This document shows, piece by piece, positions 36,719 through 51,285 of a stretch of DNA of 64,000 nucleotides. The notes under the pieces were generated by a model, which was not told the DNA's origin, ran no database searches, and worked only from the letters and a program-made list of their open reading frames with translations. This stretch comes from Octopus sinensis (Eukaryota). Location: assembly GCF_006345805.1 (NCBI RefSeq), contig NC_043000.1, forward strand, positions 39,432,001-39,496,000. The letters are read 5' to 3'. Numbering within the stretch: position 1 is the first letter of the stretch; the number at the start of each line of letters is the position of its first letter. The translations under genes were made by a program, and so were the position numbers.

Positions 36719-37933
36719 TGTTTTTGTTGTGTGTTGTCATTGCATAACTTCCAAAGCTGGAGATATACTACGGTGCTAGCTGTCCACTACCAGTGAACTA
36801 AGGTAACACCTCTAATTTTTCGAGCACCATCCGGAGTATTCGAGTGCTTCCAAGCAGTACTGTTTTCTGCAAGTGCTCTACACTTAGTGCAGCCCCTATT
36901 TGTTCCATGTACTTCTCAAGATTTATACTCCCTGTTCGCAGGGCTCTAACAATTATTTTTACTACTAGCACCTTGTTCATCGACCACAACTGCTTAACCT
37001 CCCAAGCTAACCTGTCATATCTACTGATTTTTCTTTCTTCATTGTTGTCAGCTGGGCTTGCTATATCTATGATCCAGCATCATTTGCTTTCTTTCTCAAT
37101 TAAAATTATGTCTGGCTACCCACTCTCTATGTCATGGACGCACTGAATAATAAAATCCCATAGGTTCTTTGCATTATCATTTTCGATAATGCGTTCGGGT
37201 TTATGTTCGTACCACTTTTTTTCTCTGTCAAGCACATGCTTTTTTGCAAAGTGTCCAGCGGTCATTCCTTTGTAGAATCTCTTCTGATCTACAACTGAAT
37301 ATCCTTTTCCGTTGGTGGACCTTCAGTCTTTGATTATATCTTACGATCTTTGCTTTCTCTGCAACGTAACGCCGTGTCAGTTCCTCCATTACCAGTTTCA
37401 GGCCATTTCTCTAAATATCATACCTCCTGTTCAGTGCCATGTATTTTTCTTCGCTAATAAACTCCCCGTTCTCGTTCCCGACCAAACCAGAAATGTCCTT
37501 CTAGAGCATACCTAACCCCGCCTGTATTCTTCTTTTCCACCATAAATAATTTCTTTTGTCAATCTCATTATAATTCTTTTTCTTGATATCACCACCCATA
37601 TTTTTAGATACAACAATATTTTTATTATCATTATTCAGTAGATTTATTTTTATAGCGTGCTTTCACTTCACTACCGAGCGCAGCTCTGTGTGCCTTAGGT
37701 ATGTGCTGTGATTTGATGTGATGCTCTGATGGTTATTGTATGGAAAGTGTTCTGCGTAGGATGTGTGCAGTGCCTAGTAGTGCAATTTTCTATATGTTAT
37801 ATGTGTTTGTAAGTCCCGGTGTTTTTGTTATGTATTTGTCTGAATATTTTTTTATCATGCCTAATGCACCTACTATGATAGGAATTGTTTCTGTTTTCAG
37901 ATTCCACATTCTGGTTACCTCTATTTCCAGGTC

Positions 37934-37974
<41 letters not shown>

Positions 37975-38937
37975 GTTTTTTCCTTCTTTCTTTCTTCAAA
38001 TTTTCTTCCGTTTCTCGTCGAATGTTTTCCATACACTTGGGCAGAGAAGCTCATTGTATGCATTCCCAGATTACACGCGCAAATTCACAGATAAAATATG
38101 TATTAAATGGTTTACCCTCCTGTGGATTGGAATGCGTTTCTATTATCCGCAACCCTGAAATCTTAAGATGGGCAAGTGTCTTTTACTGTGGCCTGCGGCC
38201 GATCAAACATTATGAGTGGACTTTCAGTTTCTGTTTACCAAGTCCACTCATAATGTTTGATCGGCCGCAGGCTACAGTAAAAGACATTTGCCTTTCTTAA
38301 GATTTCAGGGTTTGCGATAATAGAAATGCATTCCAATCCACAGGAGGGTAAACCAATCATAAATAATTGAGAGATATATACACATAACATAGATATAGTC
38401 GTACAAGTACGAATATATACATAAGATATAGGGCTGTCTACAATACTTTGTTAATTCTTTCTGTCCATTTTCCTCGCATACAACCTTGTACTAACAGACG
38501 TATAATTGAATTAGTTTGTAGTCCAATTAGCATCTATTTCTAGCGTACAAGTGTTGCCAAATCAGCGTCCTTTATTATAATTCTATTTTTATAAATGCAG
38601 TCTAATATATATGTGTGAGTGTGTGTATGTGTATTTAATCAAAGGGTATTTTATTATATATTGTAGTATGATTATGTGTGTTTGCATCCCTTGTGTGTGT
38701 GCGTATGTGTATATGTGTGCGTGTGTGTATGTGTATATGTGTGCGTGTGTGCATATGTGTGTGCGTATCTATTTTTCCTTTTTCGGAGCTGTTTGTGCTA
38801 TTTTGTCTAAAAATCTCTAAAATAATAATAATATTAACAATAACCATCAGAGCATCACATCAAACCACAGCACATAACCAAGGCACACAGAGCAGCGCTC
38901 GGTAGTGAAGTGAAAGCACGCTATAAAAATAAAACTA

Positions 38938-38974
<37 letters not shown>

Positions 38975-39171
38975 TTATAACAAGTATAAATATAACAAGT
39001 AACTGCAGAATATGTGGAGATGGACAAGAAACAATAAATCATATTATCTCTGCCACTCAATTTAACGCATGCCAGCAAATCTTTGTATTAAAGATATTTA
39101 AAAACCTGACGTAAAATATTGAATGCGATTCATGTTGCCTGGCATGAAGATGGGGTTTAAATGACTCCTAC

Positions 39172-39222
39172 CTTCAATTGAAGCAGGAATGTTTTCATTC
39201 GGCTGTGACTCTCTCTCTCTTT
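39172..39222 (-). CDS. 51-nt phase-1 micro-exon 5: ERERESQPNENIPASIE
   Basis: TTTTCAG| acceptor, AAG|GTAGGA donor. Confidence 0.75.
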
Positions 39223-41110
39223 CTGAAAATAGATAAGACAGAGACAGTCATTTAACAAAATTAATAAATGAGTAACATTTCATCGACATATATATATATA
39301 CAAACCTTTCTACCGGAAGCACAAGGGCTCAAAATTTCGGGGAAGAGTTACGTGCGTAACTGGTACTTTATTTATCGGCCCCGAAAAGATGAAAGGGAAA
39401 GGTGACTTAGGCGGAATTTGAACTCATCAATATATATAATTAAGGTTACAATACAATGAATATTTTTTTACTATAAATTATATGCAATTTGAACCAAGTT
39501 AAGAAGCTTAATGCGAAATTCAAAATTGATAAATTTCCATTTGTTTAACGCACGGGGACGTTACAGAATTAGAGTCAAGGCTCGTTTCAACTCGATTCAA
39601 CATTTTATTGCGACAAGCACATTTAGTGCTTGACCATTGATATTTTTGTATTTAATTCAAGACTTCCTCATGAATTGTAAGCAACATCAAAATTGCCAAA
39701 GAGTTACACAAAGGACAATAAGCAATACCTTATTAAATGGCAAGATATCAAAAGACCCTTTTTAAAACCTTCCTTCTAATTATAAGGTTTCCAAATGAGC
39801 GACACCATGGAATTTGCATAGACCTTGATAGTCTTATATAAAAGTTTCCATGTAAAGATATTATATTATTATTATTATTACTATCAATATTATTATTGTT
39901 GTTGTTGTTTTTTGTCATTGCATAGATTCTAAAGCTGGAGATGTACTACGGTGCTAGCTGTCCACTACCAGTGAACTAAGGTAACACCCCTAATTTTTTC
40001 GAGCACCATCTGCAGTATTCGAGTGGTTCCAAGCAGTACTGTTTACTGCAAGTGCTCTACACTTATGCAGCCCCTATTTGTTCCATGTACGTCTCAAGAT
40101 TTATACTCCCTGTTCGCAGGGCTCTAACAATATATTTTACTACTAGCACCTTGTTCATCGACCACAACTGCTTAACCTCCCAAGCTAGCCTGTCATATCT
40201 ACTGATTTTTCTTTCTTCTTTGTTGTCAGCTGGGCTTGCTATATCTATGATCCAGCATCATTTGCTTTCTTTCTCTCAATTAAAATTATGTCTGGCTACC
40301 TACTCTCTATGTCATGGACGCACTGAACCAAAATCCCATAGGTTCTTTGCATTTCATTTTCGATAATGCGTTCGGGTTTATGTTCGTACCACTTTTTTGC
40401 TCTGTCAAGCACATGCTTGTTGCAAAGTGTCCAGCGGTCATTCCTTTGTAGAATCTCTTCTGATCTACACTGAATATCCTTTTCCGTTGGTGGACCTTCA
40501 GGTTTGGTTGTATCTTACGATCTTTGCTTTCTCTGCAACGTAACGCCGTGTCAGTTCCTCCATTACCAGTTTCAGGCCATTTCTCTAAATATCATACCTC
40601 CTGTTCAGTGCCATGTATTTTTCTTCGCTAATAAACTCCCCGTTTCTTTCCCGACCAAACCAGAAATGTCCTTCTAGAGCATACCTAACCCCGCCTGTAT
40701 TCTTCTTTTCCACCATAAATGATTTCTTTTGTCAATCTCATTATATTTCTTTTTCTTGATATCACCACCCACATTTTTAGATACAACAATATTTTTATTA
40801 TCATTATTCAGTAGTTTTATTTTTATAGCGTGCTTTCACTTCACTACCGAGCGCAGCTCTGTGTGCCTTGGGTATGTGCTGTGATTTGTTGTGATGCTCT
40901 GATGGTTATTGTATGGAAAGTGTTCTGCGTAGGATGTGTGCAGTGCCTAGTAGTGCAATTTTTTCTGTATGTTATATGTGTTTGTAAGTCCTGTTGTTTT
41001 TGTTATGTATTTGTCCTGAATATTTTTTTATCATGCCTAATGCACCTACTATGATAGGAATTGTTTCTGTTTTCAGATTCCACATTCTGGTTACCTCTAT
41101 TCCAGGTCTG

Positions 41111-41169
<59 letters not shown>

Positions 41170-41173
<4 letters not shown>

Positions 41174-44100
41174 TAGTTTTATTTTTATAGCGTGCTTTCA
41201 CTTCACTACCGAGCACAGCTCTGTGTGCCTTGGGTATGTGCTGTGATTTATTGTGATGCTCATGGTCATTGTAGGAAAGTGTTCTGCGTAGGATGTGTGC
41301 AGTGCCTAGTATGCAATTTTCTGTATTTATATGTGTTTGTAAGTCCTGGTGTTTTTGTTATGTATTTGTCTGAATATTTTTTTATCATGCCTAATGCACC
41401 TACTATGATAGGAATTGTTTCTCTATTTTCAGATTCTACATTCTAGTTACCTCTATTTCCAGGTCTTTGTATTTTGAGAGTTTCTCCATTTCTTTTAGAG
41501 ACACGTTGTCATCAGCCGGTATTGATACATCAATAGAAAGCATTTTTTTTTCTTTATGATCTCTGACAACTATATCTGGTGTGTTGGCCTTATTTCTCTA
41601 TCTGTGTGTATCGGCATATCCCAGAGTATGGTTGCTTTCTCGTTTTCTGTGACCTTTTCTGGTGTGTGCCTATACCATCTTTTTTTCTGTTGTTATTCCA
41701 TAATGTTGGCATAGCTTCCAATGTATGTAGGTTCCAACTATGTCATGTCTGTGAATATATTCCTTCTTAGCCAAGACTGGGCAGCTAGAGATAATATGAT
41801 TTATTGTTTCTTGTCCATCTCCACATATTCTGCAGTTACTTGTAATATTTCTTTCATTACATGTTTTTGGTAATTTCTTGTGGGGAGGCTTTGGTCTTGT
41901 GCTGCAATTAAAATCCCTCTGTTTCTGCTTTGAGTCCTGAGCTTCTCAACCATTGCTGGGATTTTTCTTTGTCTATTTCTTTTGCGTTTAGTTTAGTCCA
42001 GTATTTACCATGAAGGGGCTTTTCTTGCCATCATTTTATCATGTTCGTTGCTGTTCTATTTTTAGTTTGGATTTCATTTGTTTTATAGCTTTTTTTTTTT
42101 CTTCTTCTTCTTCTTCTTCTTCTTCATGTTTATTAGGTGGTATGATTTCTTGTTTGTATTTGTCAGCTTCCTTAAATACTGAGAACAGTTTTTTGTTTTG
42201 CTCGTGTTTTGCCGCTATCTGGATCAGTTTTCCTTCCTTCTGAAGTAGATATTTTTGCAGTCCTATGTGGTTATTTTATAGTAGTTTTCCAGCTGTATAA
42301 GGCCTCTACCCACCTTCTATACGTTGTATATATAGTCTTTCTATATCAGATTTTGGGTGATGCAATCCTAGATCCTGTCATTATTTTTCTTGTTTTCCTA
42401 TCTATTTTGGTCAGTTCATTTCGTGTCCAGTTTAAGGATATTGTAGCTGTAACTTATAACTGGGACAGCTAAAGTGTTGATACCTATTATCTGTTTTTAG
42501 CATTGAGCTCTGTTTTTAGTATTGATCTAACTCGTCTATAGTATTCTTTTTTTATTTTCTCTTTCATTTGTGTGTGTTGTGTCTTATCTAGTTCATGGAT
42601 TCCTAAGTATTTGTAAGTTTGGCTTTGATCTAATTCTTTTATTTCATTGGTTTTATCTAGTGTGATGTTGTTACTCTTAACTAGTTTTCCTCTTTTCAGG
42701 GTTACTTTGGCGCATTTTTCTAATCCAAATTTCATATTTATTTCTTTGGTAAATCCATGAACTGTCTTTAATAGTATTTCCATCTGTTTGTCATTTGCAG
42801 CGTATAGTTTTAGGTCATCCATATATAAAAGGTGGCTGATCGTTTTGCCGTAACATTTATATCCGCATCCAGTTCTATTTAGCATATCAGATAGAGGTGA
42901 CAGTGCCAAGCAGAAAAGGAGTGGAAAGAGCGTGTCTCCCTGGAATATTCCTCTTCTAATGGGGATGTCTTTGGTTTTCATGAGTCCCTCTTTTGTTTGG
43001 AGGTGTAGGACTGTTTGCCATTTATTCATAGAGTGCTCTATGAATTTTATGATTGTTGGTGCTACTTTGTTAATGGCTAGTGTTTCGAGGATCCATGTAT
43101 GGGGGATGCTATCAAACGCCTTTTGTAGTCAATCCAGGCCATACTGAGGCCTTTCTTCTTTCTGTGGCTGTCTTCAGTTATGGCTTTATTAAATCATTAG
43201 TTGATCTTTACAGCCATATGAGCCTTTGCGGCATCCTTTCTGCTCTTCTCTGGGAACAGTTTTTTTTCGTCCAGGTGCTTGTTCAGCCTTTGTGATATCA
43301 CTGCAGTAAATGCCTTGAACATAGTAGGGAGGCAGGTTATTGGTCTGTAGTTTTCTGGTTTTTTTTCTTTTCATTTGATTTGGGAATTAAGATGGTTTTC
43401 CCCTTCGTGAGCCATTCAGGCATTGTCTCTGGCTCTGCTAGTACTTTGTTAAAGTTTTCAGCCAGCTTTTTGTGCATTCCTGTTAGATATTTCAACCAGA
43501 AGTTGGGGATCTTGTCATGCCCAGGTGCCTTCCAGTTGCTTAGTCTTTGCAGTGCCTGGGTGACCTCTTCAGTTGTTATGGGGGTCCAAAGTTGTTCAGA
43601 TGCCGAGTTTGTTATTCTGATACTCCTTTTTTTGGTGGTTCGTTCGCCGACCATATTTCTCCCCAGAATTCTTCCAATTCTTCTGCCGTTGTGCTGCAGT
43701 GACTTCTATTTTATTTTTCCCAGTTCTTGGTAGAACTTTTTGGGGTTGGTGTTGAACTTTTTGTTTTCTTCAAAGAAGCGTTGGCGTTTCTTGTACCGGC
43801 GGATCCTTTTGTGCTTTGGCAAGGATATCTTGCTTCAGCTTTCTTTTATTTCACGCAAATCTTTCTCTGTGATGTTATATTTGTGGAGTATTTTTGTTCT
43901 CTTTTTGTTGCTCAGTAGCGTTGATTGTTTGCTGATTTCATTAAGAATCGACAGGTCTTTTCTAATTTTTTTTATTTTGCTTTGGATGTTATTTATCCAC
44001 AGGGTTTGTTTGGGTGCTGGTACTCCTGTTTGGGCGGGTTTGGGTGAGTATCCAGCTTCTTTTGTGGCTGCAGTGGCTGCTGCGTATATTAGTTGATTCA

Positions 44101-45165
44101 GTGGCTATCAGTTCAGTGACGGCTAGGTTTATGCTGTTTATAATAGGTGTTGTTATTTTGTTTATTTTGATTCTTGGGAGGTATGGTCGGTGGTCCATTT
44201 TGAGCTCTGTGGTTTTCAGTTCTTTGATTATTTTATTTTTTATATTATCATAATCATTAGGCTCCCCTTCGTTGTTTACATCGTGTTTGTTGGGAATGTG
44301 GCGTTTGTCTTCGTGTTTTACAGTTTCAGTGTTTATATTATGGGGCATTGTTGTGTGGCTTCTATCTACATTTGCCTGGTGTATGTTTTGGTTTAGGTGT
44401 TCTATTTCTGATATTTTTTTGTGTTGGAATGTATCTTCGTACGTTAGCTAATTTATTAGGGTTCATTGCTGTATCCAAGTCTATATCTCTATATTTTTCC
44501 TTCCATGTTTTATATGTATGTGTCGTTGTATTTTCATTTTTGGGGTAGAGTACTGCTGTGAAGTATGCGTGTAAGATAGAAATGTATTCCTCACGTGTCC
44601 ATTTACGTCTTTTGGGTTTTATTTGCGGGACATGAGGTACACGTCCGGCCCATTATTTGACGGTCGTCATTTTCGTAGGGTACCGGTCCGTTTATTTCTG
44701 TTGTCACATTAATTCGCACGTGTAGTTTTTTCGTACATTTTTTGTTGTAAGTTTAATGTACGTACCGCTCGATTGTTATTCTTCTTGGGTTGAATAGTAT
44801 CGGTGGCATTTATTTCTTCGTAGTTCCTTTGTACATGGTGTTTGGGGTCGGAGATGATCGTGTGTTCCACGCATGTTTACATGTGTTGCGTTAGAGGCGG
44901 AGATGATATCGAGTCAAATACATAATTTCGTTTCGAAAATAGTAATAATTTCAATTAGTATTACTTACTCGATACAGTCCAATTCTTTGTTAGTAAAACT
45001 TTGGCTCCATAGGATGTCCTTGTTTTCGATGTTTGTGGATAGATTTCGGAGCTCTGAATTTCCTTCTTACATCTTAAACGACCCCGGTGTTCTCCTCTTA
45101 AACGTCCCCGGTGTTCTCTCTTAAACGTCCCCGGTGTTCTCTCTTAAACGTCCCCGTGTTCTCCT
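41170..45165 (-). mobile_element. Near full-length R4/Dong-like RLE non-LTR retrotransposon with frameshifts, flanked by (TAA)n
   Basis: N-terminal KRRKWTREEYISILHAY (~44600), NWKAPGHDKIPNFWLKYL, RT RRGIFQGDTLFPLLF and SHLLYMDDLKLYA, RLE ILWDMPIHTDREIKAN..IDVSIP, and C-terminal KIALLGTAHILR. (ATT)n tracts at both ends. Confidence 0.88.
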
Positions 45166-45624
45166 TATTAATTATTATTATTATTATTATTATCATTATT
45201 ATCAGCATCAACATCAGCATCATCATCATCAGCATCATTATTGTTATTATTATTATTATATTATCATCATTACTGGTTTTATTTACATATTATTATTATT
45301 ATTATTATTATAATTATTATTATTACTATTATTATTTATTATTATTATTATAATATTATTTATTATGTTTTTTCCTTCTCTCTTCAATTTTCTCTTCCGT
45401 TTCTCGCCGAATGTTTTCCATACACCTTGGGCAGAAGCTCATTGTATGCATTTCCAGATTACACGCGCAAATTCCAGATAAAATTATTTAAAAATTAATA
45501 AATAAATAAATTCATGGATGGATGTGGTTTTCACAGCGATAATGCTCTTCTCAGTACATGTATTATTATCATTATTATTATAATCATTATTATTTTATCA
45601 TTATTATTATTATTATTATTATTA

Positions 45625-46320
45625 TTCAGTAGTTTATTTTTATAGCGTGCTTTCACTTCACTACCGAGCACAGCTCTGTGTGCCTTAGGTATGTGCTGTG
45701 ATTTGTTGTGATGCTCTCATGGCTATTGTATGGAAAGTGTTCTGCGTAGGATTTGTGCAGTGCCTAGTAGTGCAATTTTCTGCATGTTATATGTGTTTGT
45801 AAGTCCTGGTGTTTTTGTTATGTATTTGTCTGAATATTTTTTATCATGCCTAATGAACCTTCAATGAAAGGAATTGTTTCTGTTTTTAGATTCCACATTC
45901 TGGTTACCTCTATTTCCAGGTCTTTGTATTTTGAAAATTTCTCCATTTCTTTTAAAGACACGTTGTCATCTGCCGGTATTGATACATCAATTAGAAAGCT
46001 TTTTTTTCTTCATGATCTCTGACAACTATATCTGGTCTGTTGGCCTTAATTTCTCTATCTGTGTGTATCGGCATATCCCAGAGTGTGGTTGCTTTCTCGT
46101 TTTCGGTGACCTTTTCTGGTGTGTGCCTATACCATATTTTTCCTATTTTTATTCCATTATGTTGGCATAGCTTCCAGTGTATGTAGGTTCCAAATCTGCC
46201 ATGTCTGTGAATATATTCCATCTTAGCCAGGACTGGGCAGGCAGAGCTAATATGATTTATTGTTTCTTGTCCATCTTCACATATTCTGCAGTTACTTCTT
46301 ATATTTATACTTGTTATAAT
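45625..46320 (-). mobile_element. 5'-truncated Dong-like copy between (ATT)n tracts
   Basis: CRICEDGQETINHISSACPVLAKMEYIHRHGR...LWDMPIHTDREIKANRPDIVVRD. Shorter copies occur at ~27450-27830, 28700-28810, 40800-41110 and 46380-46490. Confidence 0.85.
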
Positions 46321-46324
46321 AATA

Positions 46325-46386
<62 letters not shown>

Positions 46387-46489
46387 TAGTTTTATTTTCA
46401 TAGCGTGCTTTCACTTCACTACCGAGCGCAGCTCTGTGTGCCTTAGGTATGTGCTGTGATTTGTTGTGATGCTCTGATGGTTATTGTTA

Positions 46490-46530
<41 letters not shown>

Positions 46531-47108
46531 TTATACACACAATAGATTAGACTGTTGGAAAAGAAAAATTGCAAATATCAGACTGCAACAAGTGAAATAT
46601 TCATATGTCCCGCTAGATTCTAGACGTGAGATAATACTTCACTTTACAGTAAGATACTGACGATCGACTATCTTTTAAAATAGATACTGGCTAAGATTTC
46701 ACGTTTTGTGGGATAAAGTTTTCAGAAATAATCCAATTATTTTACGTGAATTACACACGAGTCTCGCTAGTTACTCTATATCAGACAATCCGTCACTTTA
46801 CAATAATTAACAGAAAAGCGAATATCTTTTGATACAGACATAACACAGGCTACACTTTTAGGTCCTCTACGAGTATTATCCTCCATTTTGTGAGTTGATA
46901 GATATGAAAACAGTCCGATCCTGGAATGGGATGTCCTTGGGTTCTAGCTTACACCAGCATTGCTAGAAATAACAGTCAAAACAAATCTTGCCCATGAGAT
47001 ATACATATATGTATTTGTATGTATATATACACTCATTTATATATATGTACATATATATTTTACTTATATCATATATATTATATATACATATACATATATA
47101 TATATATC

Positions 47109-47151
<43 letters not shown>

Positions 47152-47399
47152 TGCATACATATATATATATATTCATATATATGAGTATATATACAAATAA
47201 ATATGTGGAGACACATGGCCTAGTGGTTGGAGCAGCAGACTCGCGGTCGAGGGATCCCGAGTTCAAATCCCAGACCAGGCGATGTGTATGTTTATGAGTG
47301 AAAACACGTAAGCTCCACGCGGCTTCATCAGAAGGTAATTGCGAACTTCTGCTGACTCTTTCGCCCCAAATTATCCTCCATCATTCCTCCTACAACAAG

Positions 47400-47813
47400 C
47401 AACCCTATATCTTATGGATATATTCATACTTGTACGACTGTATATCTATGTTATGTGTATGTATCTTTCAATTATTTATGAATGGCTTACGCTCCTGTGG
47501 ATTGGAATGCGTTTCTATTATCGCAAACCCTGAAATCTTAAGATGGGCAAGTGTCTTTTACTGTGGCCTGCGGCCGATCAAACATTATGAGTGGACTTTC
47601 AGTTTCCGTTTACCAAGTCCACTCATAATGTTTGATCGGCCGCAGGCTACAGTAAAAGACATTTACCTATCTTAAGATTTCAGGCTTTGCGATAAGAGAA
47701 ATGCATTCCAATCAACAGGAGGGTAAACCATTCATAAATAAATGAGAGATATATACACATAACATAGATATACAGTCGTACAAGTACGAATATATACATA
47801 AGATATAGGGCTG
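47400..47813. repeat. Second complete 414-bp palindrome
   Basis: Same arms and loop as 24677-25090. Confidence 0.92.
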
Positions 47814-48481
47814 TCCACAATACTTTGTTAATTCTTTCTGTCCATTTTCCTCGCATACAACCTTGTACTAACAGACGTATAATTGAAGTAGTTTGTAGTC
47901 CAATTAGCATCTATTTCTAGCGTATAAGTGTTGCCAATTCAGCGCCCTTTATTATGATTCTATTTTTATAAATACAGTTCAATATATGTGTGTGAGTGTG
48001 TGTGGTGTGAGTGTGTGTATGTGTATTTAATCAAAGGGTATTATATTATATATTTTAGTAATATTAGTGTGTGTGCATCCCTTGTGTGTGTGCGTATGTG
48101 TATATGTGCGTGTGTGTTGTTGTATATGTGTGCGTGTGTGTATGTGTGTGTGCGTATCTATCTTTCCTTTTTCGGTGCTGTTTGTGCTACTTTGTCTAAA
48201 AATCTCTAAAATTAACTTCGTTACGGTCTGTCTAAACCGTAGAACGTTTTAATTCCTCTACGCAAATGAAACACCCGAAATCTACAATAAATAACACTAG
48301 CCGTAGGAACAATGGCGAAACAGCCATGGGGTCTGGGCAGCTCTTCACTTGACCAGCTTCTGCCACTCAATTTAGTGCATGCCAGCAAATCTTTGTATTA
48401 AAGACATTTAAAAACCTGACGTAAAATATTGAATGCGATTCATGTTGCCTGGCATGAAGATGGGTTTTAAATGACTCCTAC

Positions 48482-48532
48482 CTTCAATTGAAGCAGGAAT
48501 GTTTTCATTCGGCTGTGATTCTCTCTCGCTTC
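48482..48532 (-). CDS. 51-nt phase-1 micro-exon 4: GSERESQPNENIPASIE
   Basis: Acceptor ...CTGTCTTATCGATTTTCAG|, donor AAG|GTAGGA. Confidence 0.78.
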
Positions 48533-51229
48533 CTGAAAATCGATAAGACAGAGACAGTCATTTAACAAAATTAATAAATGAGTAACATTTAATCGATATA
48601 TATATATACAAACCTTTCTACCGGAAGCACAAGGGTTCAAAATTTGGGGGAAGGGTTACGTGCGTAACTGGTACTTAATTTATCGGCCCCGAAAAGATGA
48701 AAGGGAAAGGTGACTTAGGCGGAATTTGAACACATCAATATATATAATAACGGTTACAATACAATGAATATTTTTTTACTATAAATTATATGCAATTTGA
48801 ACCAAGTTTAAGAAACTTAATGCGAATTTCAAAATTGATAAATTTCCATTTGTTTAACGCACGGGGACGTTACAGAATAGAGTCAAGGCTCGTTTCAACT
48901 CCACTCAACATTTTATTGCGACAAGCACATTTAGTGCTTGACCATTGATATTTTTGTATTTAATTAAAAGAATATTTCTTGAACTGTAACCAACATCAAA
49001 ATTGCCAAAAGTGTTACACAAAGGACAATAAGCAATACCTAATTAAATGGCAAGATATCAAAAGACCCTTTTTCTAAAACCTTCCTTCTAATTATAAGGT
49101 TTCCAAATGAGCAGACACCATGGAATTTGCATAAACATTGATAGTCTAATATAAAAGTTTTCATGTAAAAACATTATGTTGTTGTTGTTGTTGTTGTTGT
49201 TGCTGCTGTTTTTGTCGTGTGTTGTCATTGCATAACTTCCAAAGCTGGAGATATACTACGGTGCTAGCTGTCCACTACCAGTGAACTAAGGTAACACCTC
49301 TAATTTTTCGAGCACCATCCGGAGTATTCGAGTGCTTCCAAGCAGTACTGTTTTCTGCAAGTGCTCTACACTTATTGCAGCCCCTATTTGTTCCACGTAC
49401 TTCTCAAGATTTATACTCCCTGTTCGCAGGGCTCTAACAATTTTTTTACTACTAGCACCTTGTTCAATCGACCACAACTGCTTAACCTCCCAAGCTAGCC
49501 TGTCATATCTACTGTTTTTCTTTCTTCTTGTTGTCAGCTGGGCTTGCGATATCCTATGATCCAGCATCTTTGCTTTCTTTCTCAATTAAAATTATGTCTG
49601 GCTACCTACTCTCTATGTCATGGACGCACTGAATCATAAAATCCCATAGGTTCTTTGCATTATCATTTTCGATAAAGCGTTCGGGTTTATGTTCGTACCA
49701 CTTTTTTGCTCTGTCAAGCACATGCTTTTTTGCAAAGTGTCCAGCGGTCATTCCTTTGTAGAATCTCTTCTGATCTACACTGAATATCCTTTTCCGTTGG
49801 TGGACCTTCAGGTTTGATTGTATCTTACGATCTTTGCTTTCTCTGCAACCTAACGCCGTGTCAGTTCCTCCATTACCAGTTTCAGGCCATTTCTCTAAAT
49901 ATCATACCTCCTGTTCAGTGCCATGTATTTTTCTTCGCTAATAAACTCCCTGTTCTCGTTCCCGACCAAACCAGAAATGTCCTTCTAGAGCATACCTAAC
50001 CCCGCCTGTATTCTTCTTTTCCACCATAAATAATTTCTTTTGTCAATCTCATTATATTTCTTTTTCTTGATATCAGCACACACATTTTTAGATACAACAA
50101 TATTATTATTATTATTATTATTATTATTATGATTATTTTTATTATTATTATTATTATTATTATCATTATTATTATTATTATCATTATCATTATTATTATT
50201 ATTATGATGATGATGTTTTTTCCTTCTTTCTTCAAATTTTCTTCCGTTTCTCGCCGAGTGTTTTCCATACACCTAGGGTAGAGAAGCTCATTGTATGCTT
50301 TCGCAGATTACACGCGCAAATTCACAGATAAAATATGTCTTTAAAAATTAATAAATAAATAAATTCATGGATGGATGTTGTTTTCACAGCGATAATGCTC
50401 TTCTCAGTACATGAATTATTATTATTATTATTATTATTATCATTATTATTATTATTATCATCATTATAATTTTATACACACAATAGATTTGACTGTTGGA
50501 AAAGAAAAATTGCAGATATCAGACTGCAACAAGTGAAATATTCACAGGTCCCGCTGGATTCTAGACGTGAGACAATACTTCACTTTACAGTAATATACTG
50601 ACGATCGACTATCTTTTGATATAGAAACGACACAGGCTAAGATTTCAGGTGTTGTGGGATAAAGTTTTCAGAAATAATCCAATTATTTAACGTGAATTAC
50701 TCATGAGTCTCGCTAGTTACTCTATATCAGACAACCCGTCACTTTACAATAATTAACAGAAAAGCGAATATCTTTTGATACAGACATAACACAGGCTACA
50801 CTTTTAGGTTTTTCGGATGTTTTCAGAAATAACCCAATAAATTTACCACTAATTCCGTGAAATATTCCGGTGCTAGTGTGCATTACTAGATATAAGACTC
50901 AAAACATCTTTAACTACGATGAGGCACTTATCTTATGATTGACAAGGAAGGCAAGCTCTGTTACAATGTCGGAGACATAGATAGATCACCAGCGATTTTA
51001 CATGAAATTAATACACATCAGTTGCTCTTACCAAGCTGCCTAGTGTTAAGCTAGATCGCTTTGTCTGTATATAAGAATTGCTGAAGAAATCGCAAGCTGT
51101 TGTTATACATGGTATAAGTGAAAATCCAGAACTATAGACGTCACTGAAGTGACTAAGGCTATAAGGTAGCACCAGCATCGCAAGAAATAACAGTGAAAAC
51201 ACTACATCCACAGTAGAGCACTTATCTAT

Positions 51230-51285
<56 letters not shown>

